From positions 376 to 64,375 of the forward strand of contig JBAYUI010000002.1 of assembly GCA_041675165.1 (NCBI GenBank): a stretch of DNA of 64,000 nucleotides, in the 5' to 3' direction. Source of the DNA: Parcubacteria group bacterium (lineage in GTDB: Bacteria > Patescibacteriota > Minisyncoccia > Moranbacterales > UBA2206). The translations under genes were made by a program, and so were the position numbers. Under the pieces are notes generated by a model. It was not told the origin of the DNA. It was given only the letters and a program-made list of their open reading frames with translations, and did not search any database. This document shows positions 30,580 to 39,907 of this stretch, in pieces (positions within the stretch are counted from its first letter, which is position 1; every line of letters begins with the position of its first letter).

Positions 30580-30709
30580 AATTCCGATGGCGATCCAAAC
30601 CTGCTCAACGCGAATCGTAACGATGATGGTCGACGGCTGAATACGACCTATGACAATCCTGACAACAAGTGGAATCGCGACAATGGGTTTGCGTTCGTCG
30701 CCTCGCAAC
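30580..30709 (+). ncRNA. DGR template repeat (TR)
   Basis: Reads NSDGDPNLLNANRNDDGRRLNTTYDNPDNKWNRDNGFAFVASQ, 10 AAY codons in 43; between target and avd/RT; followed by a ctctccc/gggagag hairpin. Confidence 0.85.
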
Positions 30710-30714
30710 TCTTT

Positions 30715-31120
30715 TCATTTCTCTCCCGACATTTGTTTGGGAGAGTTTTTCTTTTGAAGACTGCCGTTCCAGCCGCCCAAATCTTTGCCGATCGAGTTCA
30801 ATTTTTCCGAAAGAGTAATGTACTTTTTATCATCCAATGATTTGGTTTCCCAAAGAATATGCAAAAATATTTTCAGCACGTCTGATTTGCGAATGGCCAA
30901 CCTGACATAGGGAATTTTTTCCTCCGGTTTTAGGAAAGCGGCAATGGCGATTGATTCAATGATTTCCGTAAAATATTTATCCACTTTTTGCCCGAGGGTA
31001 TATCTATGTGTGGTGGGCAAAACTCGGTAATACTCATACCACAGAAGATAAAGACTTTTTATTTTCTCAAATACCGCCGGCAGCTGGGGGGGGGGATTTA
31101 AAAGTTGAACTATTATTCAC
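30715..31120 (-). CDS. avd: Avd-like four-helix-bundle DGR accessory protein; 5' end interrupted by a C10 tract
   Basis: LYLLW...PTTHRYTLGQK...IGKDLGGW signature; GTG at 31120 is out of frame by one C. Confidence 0.8.
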
Positions 31121-31185
31121 CCCGTTAGAAAACTGTTTGCTGAAAGTATTTTCTTTTTTATAATGCATAAATTTATAATTTACCA

Positions 31186-32229
31186 ATGATATTTAAAGAT
31201 ATGATTTCTAACGGGGTAAAAATTCAATTGAGTCATAGTTTTGAAAAAATAATTAGTGTTGAAAATTTACTCGAAGCTTGGAAAGAATTTGCGAGAGGCA
31301 AAAAAGACAGAAAAGATGTGCAGGCATTTTCCATGCGATTGATGGATAACATTTTTATACTGCATGAAGAACTTTCTAATCATACCTATAAACACGGCGG
31401 GTATCAAGCGTTCAAGATCAATGATCCCAAACCCAGAGATATTCATAAAGCCAGCGTGAGAGACCGATTGGTGCATCACGCCATTTACAGAGCTCTGTAT
31501 CCGTTTTTCGACAAAACTTTTATCGCAGATTCATACTCTTGCCGGAATGATAAAGGTACACACAAAGCCATTGATAAATTCCGCAGCTATTTCCCCAAAG
31601 TCAGCCAGAATAATACCCGGACTTGCTGGATTCTGAAATGTGACATCCGTAAATTTTTTGCCAATATTGATCATCAAATTTTACTCAACATCTTGGCTGA
31701 ATACATTCCGGATAAAAATATCATTAGTCTCTTGGAAAATATCATTGAAAGTTTCCACGCTGGCTTACCCTTAGGCAATCTCACTTCGCAATTGTTCGTG
31801 AATATCTATATGAACAGGTTTGACCAGTTTGTGAAGCACAAACTAAAAGCTAAATATTATATCCGTTATGCGGATGACTTTGTTTTCTTGTCTGAAAGTA
31901 AAAAGTATTTGGAAGAAATTATTTTAGTCACCAGAGAATTTTTAAAAGAAAAATTGAAACTGGAAATGCATCCAGATAAGGTTTCCATTCAAACGCTATC
32001 ATCCGGCGTAGATTTTCTGGGGATGGTTAACTTTTTTGATTATCGAATACTCAGAACAAATACAAAGAGAAGAATACTGAAAAAACTAGCCCTGAAACAG
32101 AAAATGTGTCAGGAGGGATTGGTTTCCAAGGAATCACTTGAGCAAAGCGTGCAATCATATTTAGGAGTGTTGAGGCATTGTGAAGGGTATTGGGTGGCGA
32201 GAGAGATAGAAAGGATGATATGCGGTTGA
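31186..32229 (+). CDS. DGR-type reverse transcriptase
   Basis: KPRDIH...RDRLVHHA, SYSCR..KGTH, LKCDIRKFF, GLPLGNLTSQ, YIRYADDF, GVDFLG. Confidence 0.95.
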   Translation: MIFKDMISNGVKIQLSHSFEKIISVENLLEAWKEFARGKKDRKDVQAFSMRLMDNIFILHEELSNHTYKHGGYQAFKINDPKPRDIHKASVRDRLVHHAIYRALYPFFDKTFIADSYSCRNDKGTHKAIDKFRSYFPKVSQNNTRTCWILKCDIRKFFANIDHQILLNILAEYIPDKNIISLLENIIESFHAGLPLGNLTSQLFVNIYMNRFDQFVKHKLKAKYYIRYADDFVFLSESKKYLEEIILVTREFLKEKLKLEMHPDKVSIQTLSSGVDFLGMVNFFDYRILRTNTKRRILKKLALKQKMCQEGLVSKESLEQSVQSYLGVLRHCEGYWVAREIERMICG

Positions 32230-32359
32230 TATCAATATTGGGAAGACAGCGGAGTCCTCTTTTTTCACTCGCTTTCGCTCGTTCAAAAAGAGAGACTCCG
32301 CCGAGGAGAATGATATTGAAAATTCATTGATTATTGAAAATTGATCATTGAATATTCTC

Positions 32360-33838
32360 TCAGATCATCCCTTCTCTTTTCATGAACTTCCGGATGTGGG
32401 CTTTGGCGTTGGAAGTCTTGACGAAGCGCAGCCAGTCGCGGCTGGGGTTTTTGTGATCTTTGGAAGTGAGGATCTCAATGATTTCTCCGTTTTGAACTTT
32501 GTAATCCAAAGTGACGATGTGGCCGTTGACCTTGGCACCGACCGCGCGGTCACCGATTTCGCTGTGGACGCGGTAGGCAAAATCGATCGGAGTGGCTTCT
32601 TCGGGCAGATCGATGATGTCGCCCATCGGAGTGAAGGCAAAGATATGATTTTTGAAAAAATCGATCTTCAGGCTCTCCATAAATTCGTGGTCGTCTTTGC
32701 CCAATTCATTCTGCCATTCCCGAAGCTGTTTCACCCAGATCAATTCCTGATCGGGCACTTTGGTCTTCCTGCCGAAAAGGAGATCTTTGAGACTGCGCTT
32801 ATTTTCCGAATAGATCCAGTGCGCGGCAATTCCGAATTCCGCTTCGTCATCCATTTTTTTGGTGCGGATCTGGACTTCGAGGAATTTTCCTTCCGGTCCG
32901 AAAATCGTGGTGTGGATAGATTGATAACCATTGGGCTTGGGGAGCGAGATATAATCTTTGATGCGGCCGACCAGCGGGCGGTATTTTTTGTGAACGATGC
33001 CGAGGGTTTCATAACAGTTGACGATTTCCGGCACGATTATCCTCACTCCGACCAGATCATAAATCTTGGCGATATCCATATCGTGCCGTTTCAATTTTTG
33101 GAAAAGGCGATAGATGTGTTTGGATCGTCCGAAAATGTCCACGAACCGGATGCCCTCTCGGCCCAGTTCTTTTTTCAGTTCAGCCACGACTTTTTTGATG
33201 TATTTCTTCCTTTTTTCCTGTTGCGCCGCCGACAGATTGGCCACGTAAGTATAATTTTCCGGATCAAGATAGCGGAAAGCCAAATCTTCCAAGCGCGCCT
33301 TAATATCTCCGATGCCGAGGCGGTTCGCGATGGGCGCATAAATTTCCAAAGTTTCACGGGCGATGCGTTCTTGCTTTTCCGGCGGCAGGCTTTCTAAAGT
33401 TTCCATATTATGCAAACGGTCGGCCAATTTGATGAGCACTACTCGGATATCGGCGGCCATCGCCAAAAACATCTTCCTAAGATTCTCCAGATAGTTTTCC
33501 TCTTTAGTGCCGCGCAGCTTTATCTTTCCCAACTTGGTAACGCCGTCCACCAATGTGGCGATCTCTTTGCCGAATTTTTTTTCGATCTCTTCCAAAGTGA
33601 CGGCTGTGTCTTCGGGCACATCATGCAGCAGTCCGGCCGTAATCGTTCTGGCACCGAGCCCGATCCTCGCCAAATTCAAGGCCGTATGCAACGGATGTTG
33701 GATATAGTCTTCGCCAGATTTCCTTTTCTGGGCGGTGTGCGCGCCCAAAGCCAATTCATAAGCGCTTCTGATCATTGCTTCATTCTTGGCGCTCATCTTC
33801 AGTTTTATATTTTTGATTACTTCTTCAATAGTGACCAT
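32360..33838 (-). CDS. rel: RelA/SpoT (p)ppGpp synthetase/hydrolase (HD, synthetase and TGS domains; no ACT)
   Basis: H..QKRKSG..YI.HP, LHDVPED, KLADRLHN, YQSIHT, EVQIRT, TPIDFAY. Confidence 0.95.
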   Translation of the reverse strand: MVTIEEVIKNIKLKMSAKNEAMIRSAYELALGAHTAQKRKSGEDYIQHPLHTALNLARIGLGARTITAGLLHDVPEDTAVTLEEIEKKFGKEIATLVDGVTKLGKIKLRGTKEENYLENLRKMFLAMAADIRVVLIKLADRLHNMETLESLPPEKQERIARETLEIYAPIANRLGIGDIKARLEDLAFRYLDPENYTYVANLSAAQQEKRKKYIKKVVAELKKELGREGIRFVDIFGRSKHIYRLFQKLKRHDMDIAKIYDLVGVRIIVPEIVNCYETLGIVHKKYRPLVGRIKDYISLPKPNGYQSIHTTIFGPEGKFLEVQIRTKKMDDEAEFGIAAHWIYSENKRSLKDLLFGRKTKVPDQELIWVKQLREWQNELGKDDHEFMESLKIDFFKNHIFAFTPMGDIIDLPEEATPIDFAYRVHSEIGDRAVGAKVNGHIVTLDYKVQNGEIIEILTSKDHKNPSRDWLRFVKTSNAKAHIRKFMKREGMI

Positions 33839-33884
33839 TAGTGGGAAATTTAGAAGAGACGGAATTACTATTAGCTAGTACACA

Positions 33885-36131
33885 TCAAGCTGGATTTTCT
33901 TTTTCAAATTTGCATTCCTTGGAGGAGCAGCGGACCTTGTTTTTGGCGGCAAAAACAAGGAGGCTCTGGCACAAAGGGCATTTTTCACCAGTGGGCTTGT
34001 TCCAGAGGGCGAAATCGCATTTCGGATAAGAATTGCATCCGAAAAAAATCCGTCCCCGCTTGGATTTTCGCTCAACGATGTCTCCCGCGTCGCAGCGGGG
34101 ACACTTGATGCCGGTCTTATTCTCGATCTTCTTAATACCTTTGCATTCCGGATAATTCGAGCAACCGAGGAAGGCGCCGAAACGTCCCCTCTTGACCACC
34201 ATCGGTGCTCCGCAAATCTCGCAAATTTCATGGCTGTTTTCCGCGTCGATCTTTTTCTCCGTTTCTGTCTTTTCGGTATATTTGCATTCGGGATAGTTCG
34301 TGCAGGCGATGAATTTTCCGAAGCGGCCGAATTTCATGATCAGATCACCGCCGCAGTCGGGACAATTCCGGCCAAGTTTTTCTTGGAAATCTTCCTTACT
34401 GACTTTTTTGGTCTTAGCAAGCAGATTTTTATGGAAGGGTTCGTAAAAATTGCGGATGATCGGCACCCATTCGCTTCGGCCGTCGGCAATCTTGTCGAAT
34501 TCTTCTTCGATGTTGGCGGTGAATTTTATGTCTACGATATCCGTGAAGTGAGCAACGAGCAGGTCGCTGACCAGCGTGCCGATTTCCAGCGGGAAAAGCC
34601 GGCGTTCTTCGTTCTTTTCCACATATTTCCGTTCAATGATGGTCGTAATCGTGGGCGCGTATGTCGATGGCCTGCCGATGCCGTTCTCTTCCATCACTTT
34701 GATCAAGGTCGCTTCGCTGTAGCGGGGCGGTTGAGTGGTTGATTTCGCCGTGGCCGTGGCACTGATCAGGTCGAGCGGGTCATTTTTTTCCAAAGCCGGC
34801 AGAATATTTTCTGTGATTGCCTGGTCGCTGTAGACTTTCAGATAACCTTCGAAAAGCAAGGTCGATCCATTGGCCCGTAGGAGATAGATATTTTTCTCCG
34901 CTTTAGCTTCGATGTCCATTTTGACGGAATCGAATTTGGCCGGTTGCATCTGGCTGGCGATCATCCGGTTCCAGATGAGGCGGTATATCTTGTATTGGCT
35001 CGGTTCGAGCGAGCTTTCGAGCTCGGCGGGCGTTTTTTCCGGATAAGCCGGCCGGATAGCTTCGTGCGCTTCTTGGGCGTTCTTCGATTTTGTCTTATAG
35101 AAACGCGGAGTTGGCAAAGCATATTCTTTTCCGAAAAGTTTGGTGATGGTCTTTTGTGCCGAGAGCATCGATTCCATCGAAAGATTGGTGGAGTCGGTCC
35201 TCATATAGGTGATGAGGCCTTGCTCATAAAGTTTCTGCGCGGCCATCATCGTCTGCTTGGAAGAAAAACCCAAACTGTTGATGGCGCCTTGTTGCAAGGT
35301 CGAAGTGGTGAATGGGGCCGGCGGCGTGCGGAGCGTTTCTTTTTTGACGATATCTACGATCTGACAAACGGATGATTGCAGTTCGGCCACGATCGTATCA
35401 GCCATTTTTTGGGTGGTGATGTTGGTTTTTTTCGTTTTGTAATCCCCAGCAAAAAGTTTGAGCGTGATGGACTCGTCGATTTTTTCGCCATTTTTTTGCA
35501 ATAAACTGGCATTAAAAGAAGCCCTACTCCCTCCGTTCTTGGCCTGAAATTTTCCATCGATCACCCAAAATTTTTCCGCTTTGAACTTTTCAATCTCTTT
35601 TTCACGTTCAACAATCAGCCGCAAGGCGACTGATTGGACGCGGCCGGCTGAGAGCCCCCGCCTGATTTTTTTCCACAGGAAAGGCGAGAGTTCGAAACCG
35701 ACCAATCTATCCAAGATTCTGCGGGCTTGTTGCGCGTCAACCAGATTCAGATCGATGGCGCGCGGATTGTCCAGGGCTTTTTCGATGGCACTCTTGGTGA
35801 TCTCGTGGAATACGATCCGCTTGGTCGTTTTCGGATCGAGATTGAGCGCGCTCGAAAGATGCCAAGCGATGGCCTCTCCTTCGCGGTCTTCGTCGGAGGC
35901 GAGGATGATTTCGTCGGCTTTTTCGGCCAATGTTTTCAAGTTATCCACGCGTTCGATGGCTTTGGTCGGGATGACATAATCCGGCTGGAAATCATTTTCG
36001 ATATCGATACCCATCTTTTTTTCCGGCAAATCGCGGATATGGCCGTAGGAAGATTTGACGGTATATTTCTTGCCGAGGAATTTGGCAATAGTCTTGGCTT
36101 TAGTGGGAGACTCTACTATAACGAGCTTCAT
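33885..36131 (-). CDS. topA: DNA topoisomerase I
   Basis: LVIVESPTKAKT, DEDREGE, SAGRVQS, ITYMRTDS, C-terminal Zn ribbons. Confidence 0.98.
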   Translation of the reverse strand: MKLVIVESPTKAKTIAKFLGKKYTVKSSYGHIRDLPEKKMGIDIENDFQPDYVIPTKAIERVDNLKTLAEKADEIILASDEDREGEAIAWHLSSALNLDPKTTKRIVFHEITKSAIEKALDNPRAIDLNLVDAQQARRILDRLVGFELSPFLWKKIRRGLSAGRVQSVALRLIVEREKEIEKFKAEKFWVIDGKFQAKNGGSRASFNASLLQKNGEKIDESITLKLFAGDYKTKKTNITTQKMADTIVAELQSSVCQIVDIVKKETLRTPPAPFTTSTLQQGAINSLGFSSKQTMMAAQKLYEQGLITYMRTDSTNLSMESMLSAQKTITKLFGKEYALPTPRFYKTKSKNAQEAHEAIRPAYPEKTPAELESSLEPSQYKIYRLIWNRMIASQMQPAKFDSVKMDIEAKAEKNIYLLRANGSTLLFEGYLKVYSDQAITENILPALEKNDPLDLISATATAKSTTQPPRYSEATLIKVMEENGIGRPSTYAPTITTIIERKYVEKNEERRLFPLEIGTLVSDLLVAHFTDIVDIKFTANIEEEFDKIADGRSEWVPIIRNFYEPFHKNLLAKTKKVSKEDFQEKLGRNCPDCGGDLIMKFGRFGKFIACTNYPECKYTEKTETEKKIDAENSHEICEICGAPMVVKRGRFGAFLGCSNYPECKGIKKIENKTGIKCPRCDAGDIVERKSKRGRIFFGCNSYPKCDFALWNKPTGEKCPLCQSLLVFAAKNKVRCSSKECKFEKENPA

Positions 36132-36195
36132 AAGGTTGTGTGGAAGTTAAGAGAGAATGAATTAATATTATTTTTTATCAATCAAATTTAGATAA

Positions 36196-36310
36196 TAAAT
36201 CCAAAATCCAAATATCAAATGTCAAATAAAATCCCAAGCTCTAAATTCAAAATTTTGACATTTGAACTTTGAAATTTATTGGAAATTTGGATTTTGACAT
36301 TTGGATTTTA
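36196..36310. repeat. AT-rich iterated palindrome (aaatcc/tc-a units)
   Basis: aaatccaaaatccaaatatcaaatgtcaaa...tttgacatttggattt. Confidence 0.7.
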
Positions 36311-37426
36311 CAATAGTATATAGTTCTGTCCGCCGATATTTTTCACCCAGCCTTTCAGTTCCATCATGGAGAGCGTAGCGGCGACAGAGGCAGTTTGAAG
36401 TTTAGCGAGTTTCGAAATATTGTCAATGTGGAGCGGTTCGGAAGAAAGGATCCTGAGAAGAATTTCTTCCTCTTTACCGGTCGGCACTTTCGGTGCGGAA
36501 ATCTTTTGACGACCATTCTTTTCTAGGCCTAATTCTTCAAGGATATCCTTGACTCCCGTGACGACTTTGGCGCCGCTGCGGATGAGACTATTGGTGCCGA
36601 TAGAACTCTCTGAAAAGATGGAACCCGGCACGGCAAAAACTTCCCGATTGGATTCCAAAGCCATTTGCGCCGTGATGAGGGCACCACTTTTTTCACCGGC
36701 TTCAATCACGACCGTTCCGAGGGTAAGGCCGGCCACGATGCGGTTACGTGCCGGAAAAGTCAGTGGGCCGGCGGCAGTTTCAGTCGGATATTCGCCAAAG
36801 AGCGCTCCTGATCCCATAATTTCATGCGCGAGATTAATATTGTGTCGGGGATAGATATTTTTTTCATCTAGACTATTGCCCAGAACAGCTATTGTTTTTC
36901 CGTTTCCATCCAGCGCTCCGCGGTGCGCCCAGCTATCAATGCCCAAAGCCATTCCGCTGATTACCGTCACGCCTGCCGCGGCCAAGTCTTTGGACAGATT
37001 TTGCGCGGCCATCGCGCCATAGGGCGTGTTTTTTCTGGCACCAACAATGGCGATCGCCGGAGAGCCGACCAATTCCAGAAAAGCAACTTCGTCAAAAGGT
37101 AGGGAAGTTTTTATATATAATATATATGGAGGATGGAGCGCTTCTTTGAGAAGGGCCGGATAGAGCGGATCGCTCCACTCGATGAGCCGGATGTTTTCTT
37201 TCTCCATAATCTCCATTTCCTGATCCGGATCGGTGTTTTTCCTTTCGTCAAATATCCGTCCCGCCAGATTCTCTCCGATGCCGCTCCTTATGAGCAGTTC
37301 CAAATCGGCGCCCCAAGCGGTTTCAGCGCTGCCGAAGAAGCTGACGAGCTTCCTTAATCTTTGCGCGCCCACCCCAGAAATTTTATTGAGGGCGTTCAGA
37401 TATTTGAGGTCTTTGGAGTTTGCCAT
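36308..37426 (-). CDS. dprA: DNA-processing protein DprA
   Basis: IAIVGAR, ISGMALGID, FPARNRIVAG, REVFAVPG. Confidence 0.96.
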   Translation of the reverse strand: MANSKDLKYLNALNKISGVGAQRLRKLVSFFGSAETAWGADLELLIRSGIGENLAGRIFDERKNTDPDQEMEIMEKENIRLIEWSDPLYPALLKEALHPPYILYIKTSLPFDEVAFLELVGSPAIAIVGARKNTPYGAMAAQNLSKDLAAAGVTVISGMALGIDSWAHRGALDGNGKTIAVLGNSLDEKNIYPRHNINLAHEIMGSGALFGEYPTETAAGPLTFPARNRIVAGLTLGTVVIEAGEKSGALITAQMALESNREVFAVPGSIFSESSIGTNSLIRSGAKVVTGVKDILEELGLEKNGRQKISAPKVPTGKEEEILLRILSSEPLHIDNISKLAKLQTASVAATLSMMELKGWVKNIGGQNYILL

Positions 37427-37458
37427 ATTTTTTTAAATGTAGCATAATATGTGACCTC

Positions 37459-37486
37459 TTGACAAATTTTTGATATATGCTAGAAT
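37459..37486 (+). promoter_or_regulatory. Putative sigma70 promoter
   Basis: TTGACA-16nt-TAGAAT with extended TG. Confidence 0.6.
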
Positions 37487-37520
37487 AGTGTGAAATTTAA
37501 AAGTTATTAAATAAACATAT

Positions 37521-38597
37521 ATGAGCAACGAGCACAAGAGCAAAAATAACAAGGAAACGGGCAGAGCTAAGGCTTCTACGGAAGGTTTCAGCTTTTTGCT
37601 TTTGGCTGAAAAATTATTGGCCGATCTGACGCCGCGTTCCAGAGAAATAATCCGCCGCCGCTTCGGGCTAGTGGGCGATCAGAGTGAAACCTTGGAAAAA
37701 ATCGGTCAACGATATGAGATAACCAGAGAAAGAGTGCGGCAGATCATTACCGAGGCGGTGAAAAATATCTCGCAACGATCCGGTCATGAAGATTTTTTGA
37801 GTGCTGAAGAGAAAATTGTTTTTACAATAATCCAAAACGGAGGTATAATTAGGGAAGTTGATGCTATTGAAAAAATAGAACTCAGTTCTGATCAAGAAGC
37901 CAACGCGGTCAAGTTTTTTGTCAGTTGTTCCAAGAATATTTTTGAAGTTGAAGAGAAAGGACTCTTGGAAAAAGCGTGGGTCGTTTCTTTGGACATCATT
38001 GAGGGGATCAAACGATTGATTGTCGAAGCGGAGAAAAACGCCCTGAAGGACAAGGAACTGTTGGCCGATGAAGAGATGCTCGGCAAATTGGCCGCTTTGA
38101 TACCGGACATTCCAAAAGAGCAGATAATGAATTTTTTGTCAGTGTCCGAGCGCGTAAAGAAGAATAAGTTCGGCAAATGGGGCATCATCGATTGGATGGA
38201 AGTTTCTCCCAAAGGTACGCGGGAAAAGGTCTACCTGATCCTTAAAGAGCACAAAAAGCCGTTACACTTCACCGAGATTGCCGGTTTGATCGATAAATAT
38301 GAATTGAGCAAGCGCGGAGCCCATCCTCAAACGGTGCATAATGAATTGATCAAGGACGAACGTTTCGTTTTGGTCGGCCGAGGGATCTATGCCCTCTCGG
38401 AATGGGGATATTTTTCTGGCACGATCAGGGATATCATTGAAGTGATCCTGAAAGCTTCTGGTCGCGCGATGAAGAAAGAAGAAGTCATCGCTGAAGTGTT
38501 GAAAATGAGAAAAGTGAAGAAGACGACCATCATGATTAACCTGAACAATCGCAAATTTTTCAAAAAAGAAGGAGAATTTTATAAGCTGAAAAAATAA
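37521..38597 (+). CDS. Sigma70 region-4 plus HARE-HTH domain protein
   Basis: RRFGL...TLEKIGQRYEITRERVRQI; HPQTVHNELIKDERFVLVGRGIYAL. Confidence 0.85.
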   Translation: MSNEHKSKNNKETGRAKASTEGFSFLLLAEKLLADLTPRSREIIRRRFGLVGDQSETLEKIGQRYEITRERVRQIITEAVKNISQRSGHEDFLSAEEKIVFTIIQNGGIIREVDAIEKIELSSDQEANAVKFFVSCSKNIFEVEEKGLLEKAWVVSLDIIEGIKRLIVEAEKNALKDKELLADEEMLGKLAALIPDIPKEQIMNFLSVSERVKKNKFGKWGIIDWMEVSPKGTREKVYLILKEHKKPLHFTEIAGLIDKYELSKRGAHPQTVHNELIKDERFVLVGRGIYALSEWGYFSGTIRDIIEVILKASGRAMKKEEVIAEVLKMRKVKKTTIMINLNNRKFFKKEGEFYKLKK

Positions 38598-38629
38598 AAA
38601 TTTAAGAAAACGCAAAAACTATAAATGTT

Positions 38630-39898
38630 ATGAACAACGTTTCAGACATTGGTTCTGCTTTGGGAGTCGTAGGACAAACTTTCGGAATATTCTGGTGGGC
38701 TCTTCTGCCGCCGCTTTTTTATACGGTTTTCAAATTTCTTTGGATCGACTTCGTGGCTTTTTACGCGCCCAATTCTTGGCATGCCGGCCAGCAGTGGACA
38801 TATTTGGAAATTTTTCCGCCGCGCGAAATCGAACGTGGACCCAAAACTATGGAAAGTATCTTTACGGCTATGACAGGGGTTCTCACGACTTTTAATACTT
38901 TCAATGAATATTTAGAAGGGGCTTTTTGGCATGACCGTTTTAGCGTGGAGCTGGTCGGAAAAGAGGGTCAGATGCATTTCTATATCCGGACTCAGAAAAA
39001 ATATCGTACCTTGATCGAATCGCATATCTACGCGCAATATCCGGATGCCAAAGTTTTGGAAGTGGCGGATTATACGGAAAATTTTCCCAAGATCGTGCCG
39101 AATAAGTTTTGGGATCTGTGGGGGACGGACTTTGAATTTGTCGCGAAAAATGCCATCCCGATCAAGACTTATGAAAAATTCGAAGAAAGCGTGACGGGCG
39201 AGATGATTGATCCGATTTCAGCTTTGGCGGAAGTGATGGGGTCATTGGGTCCCAATCAACACATTTGGCTGCAATATGTCTTGCAACCCTTGCCGGAACC
39301 GGAAAGGAACAGTGATGAACATAAGAATGTGATTAAAAAGTTGAAAGGCGAGCCGGTAGTGGAACCGATGAGTTTTTTCGGCCATCTGATGGATGTCATT
39401 GCCAACATTCCCGCTGCGTTTTCCGGCCCAGTAGCATTCGGGGCGGCGGATAAAAAAGATTTGGCACCTTTGGAATTCCGCCTTTCTCCTGTTGAGAAAG
39501 ACCTCTTGAAAGCGACGGAGGAGAACTTGGGCAAGAATCTTTTCAAGACAAAGATGCGGATGTTGTATATCGGACGCAAAGAAAATTATGATAAATCTAA
39601 TATCTCCTCTTTCATTGGAGCAATCAAACAATTCAATGATATCAATTTCAATCAAGTGAAGCCGGAAGATATCAGTAAGACGTATGGTACTTTCTTTTGG
39701 GCGAAGCAACGTTTGGAATTCAGGAAAAGAAAGATTTATAACCGTTACAAAAAAAGGAATATGGACGGGAACAATATGATTTTTTCCGTCAAAGAATTGG
39801 CTACTGTTTTTCATTTTCCGGATATGGGCGTGAAAGCGCCGTCCATCACGCGTACGGAATCGAAATTGGGCAGTGCTCCATCTAATTTGCCTATATAA
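38630..39898 (+). CDS. Conserved membrane-anchored hypothetical protein partnered with the VirD4-like ATPase
   Basis: N-terminal TM; IYAQYPDA, PIKTY, ELATVFHFP...PSNLP. Confidence 0.75.
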   Translation: MNNVSDIGSALGVVGQTFGIFWWALLPPLFYTVFKFLWIDFVAFYAPNSWHAGQQWTYLEIFPPREIERGPKTMESIFTAMTGVLTTFNTFNEYLEGAFWHDRFSVELVGKEGQMHFYIRTQKKYRTLIESHIYAQYPDAKVLEVADYTENFPKIVPNKFWDLWGTDFEFVAKNAIPIKTYEKFEESVTGEMIDPISALAEVMGSLGPNQHIWLQYVLQPLPEPERNSDEHKNVIKKLKGEPVVEPMSFFGHLMDVIANIPAAFSGPVAFGAADKKDLAPLEFRLSPVEKDLLKATEENLGKNLFKTKMRMLYIGRKENYDKSNISSFIGAIKQFNDINFNQVKPEDISKTYGTFFWAKQRLEFRKRKIYNRYKKRNMDGNNMIFSVKELATVFHFPDMGVKAPSITRTESKLGSAPSNLPI

Positions 39899-39907
39899 AA
39901 TAAAAAA

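Larger units (their letters stand above)
29127..32302. mobile_element. Diversity-generating retroelement cassette inserted between parB and rel
   Basis: Target, TR, avd and RT together; bounded by imperfect inverted 19/20-nt sequences. Confidence 0.75.

Noticed and set aside
30550-30840. 96-aa Asn-rich ORF
   Set aside because: It is the read-through of the DGR template repeat and overlaps avd antisense; better explained as non-coding TR.
31186-32229. RT as group II intron or retron
   Set aside because: GNLTSQ motif, short length without a maturase domain, and adjacent Avd and TR indicate a DGR; no retron VTG motif seen.
32348-33397. Long antisense ORFs (this one, 39242-40519, 22613-23332, 13325-14140 and similar)
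   Set aside because: Shadow frames of well-supported genes on the opposite strand.
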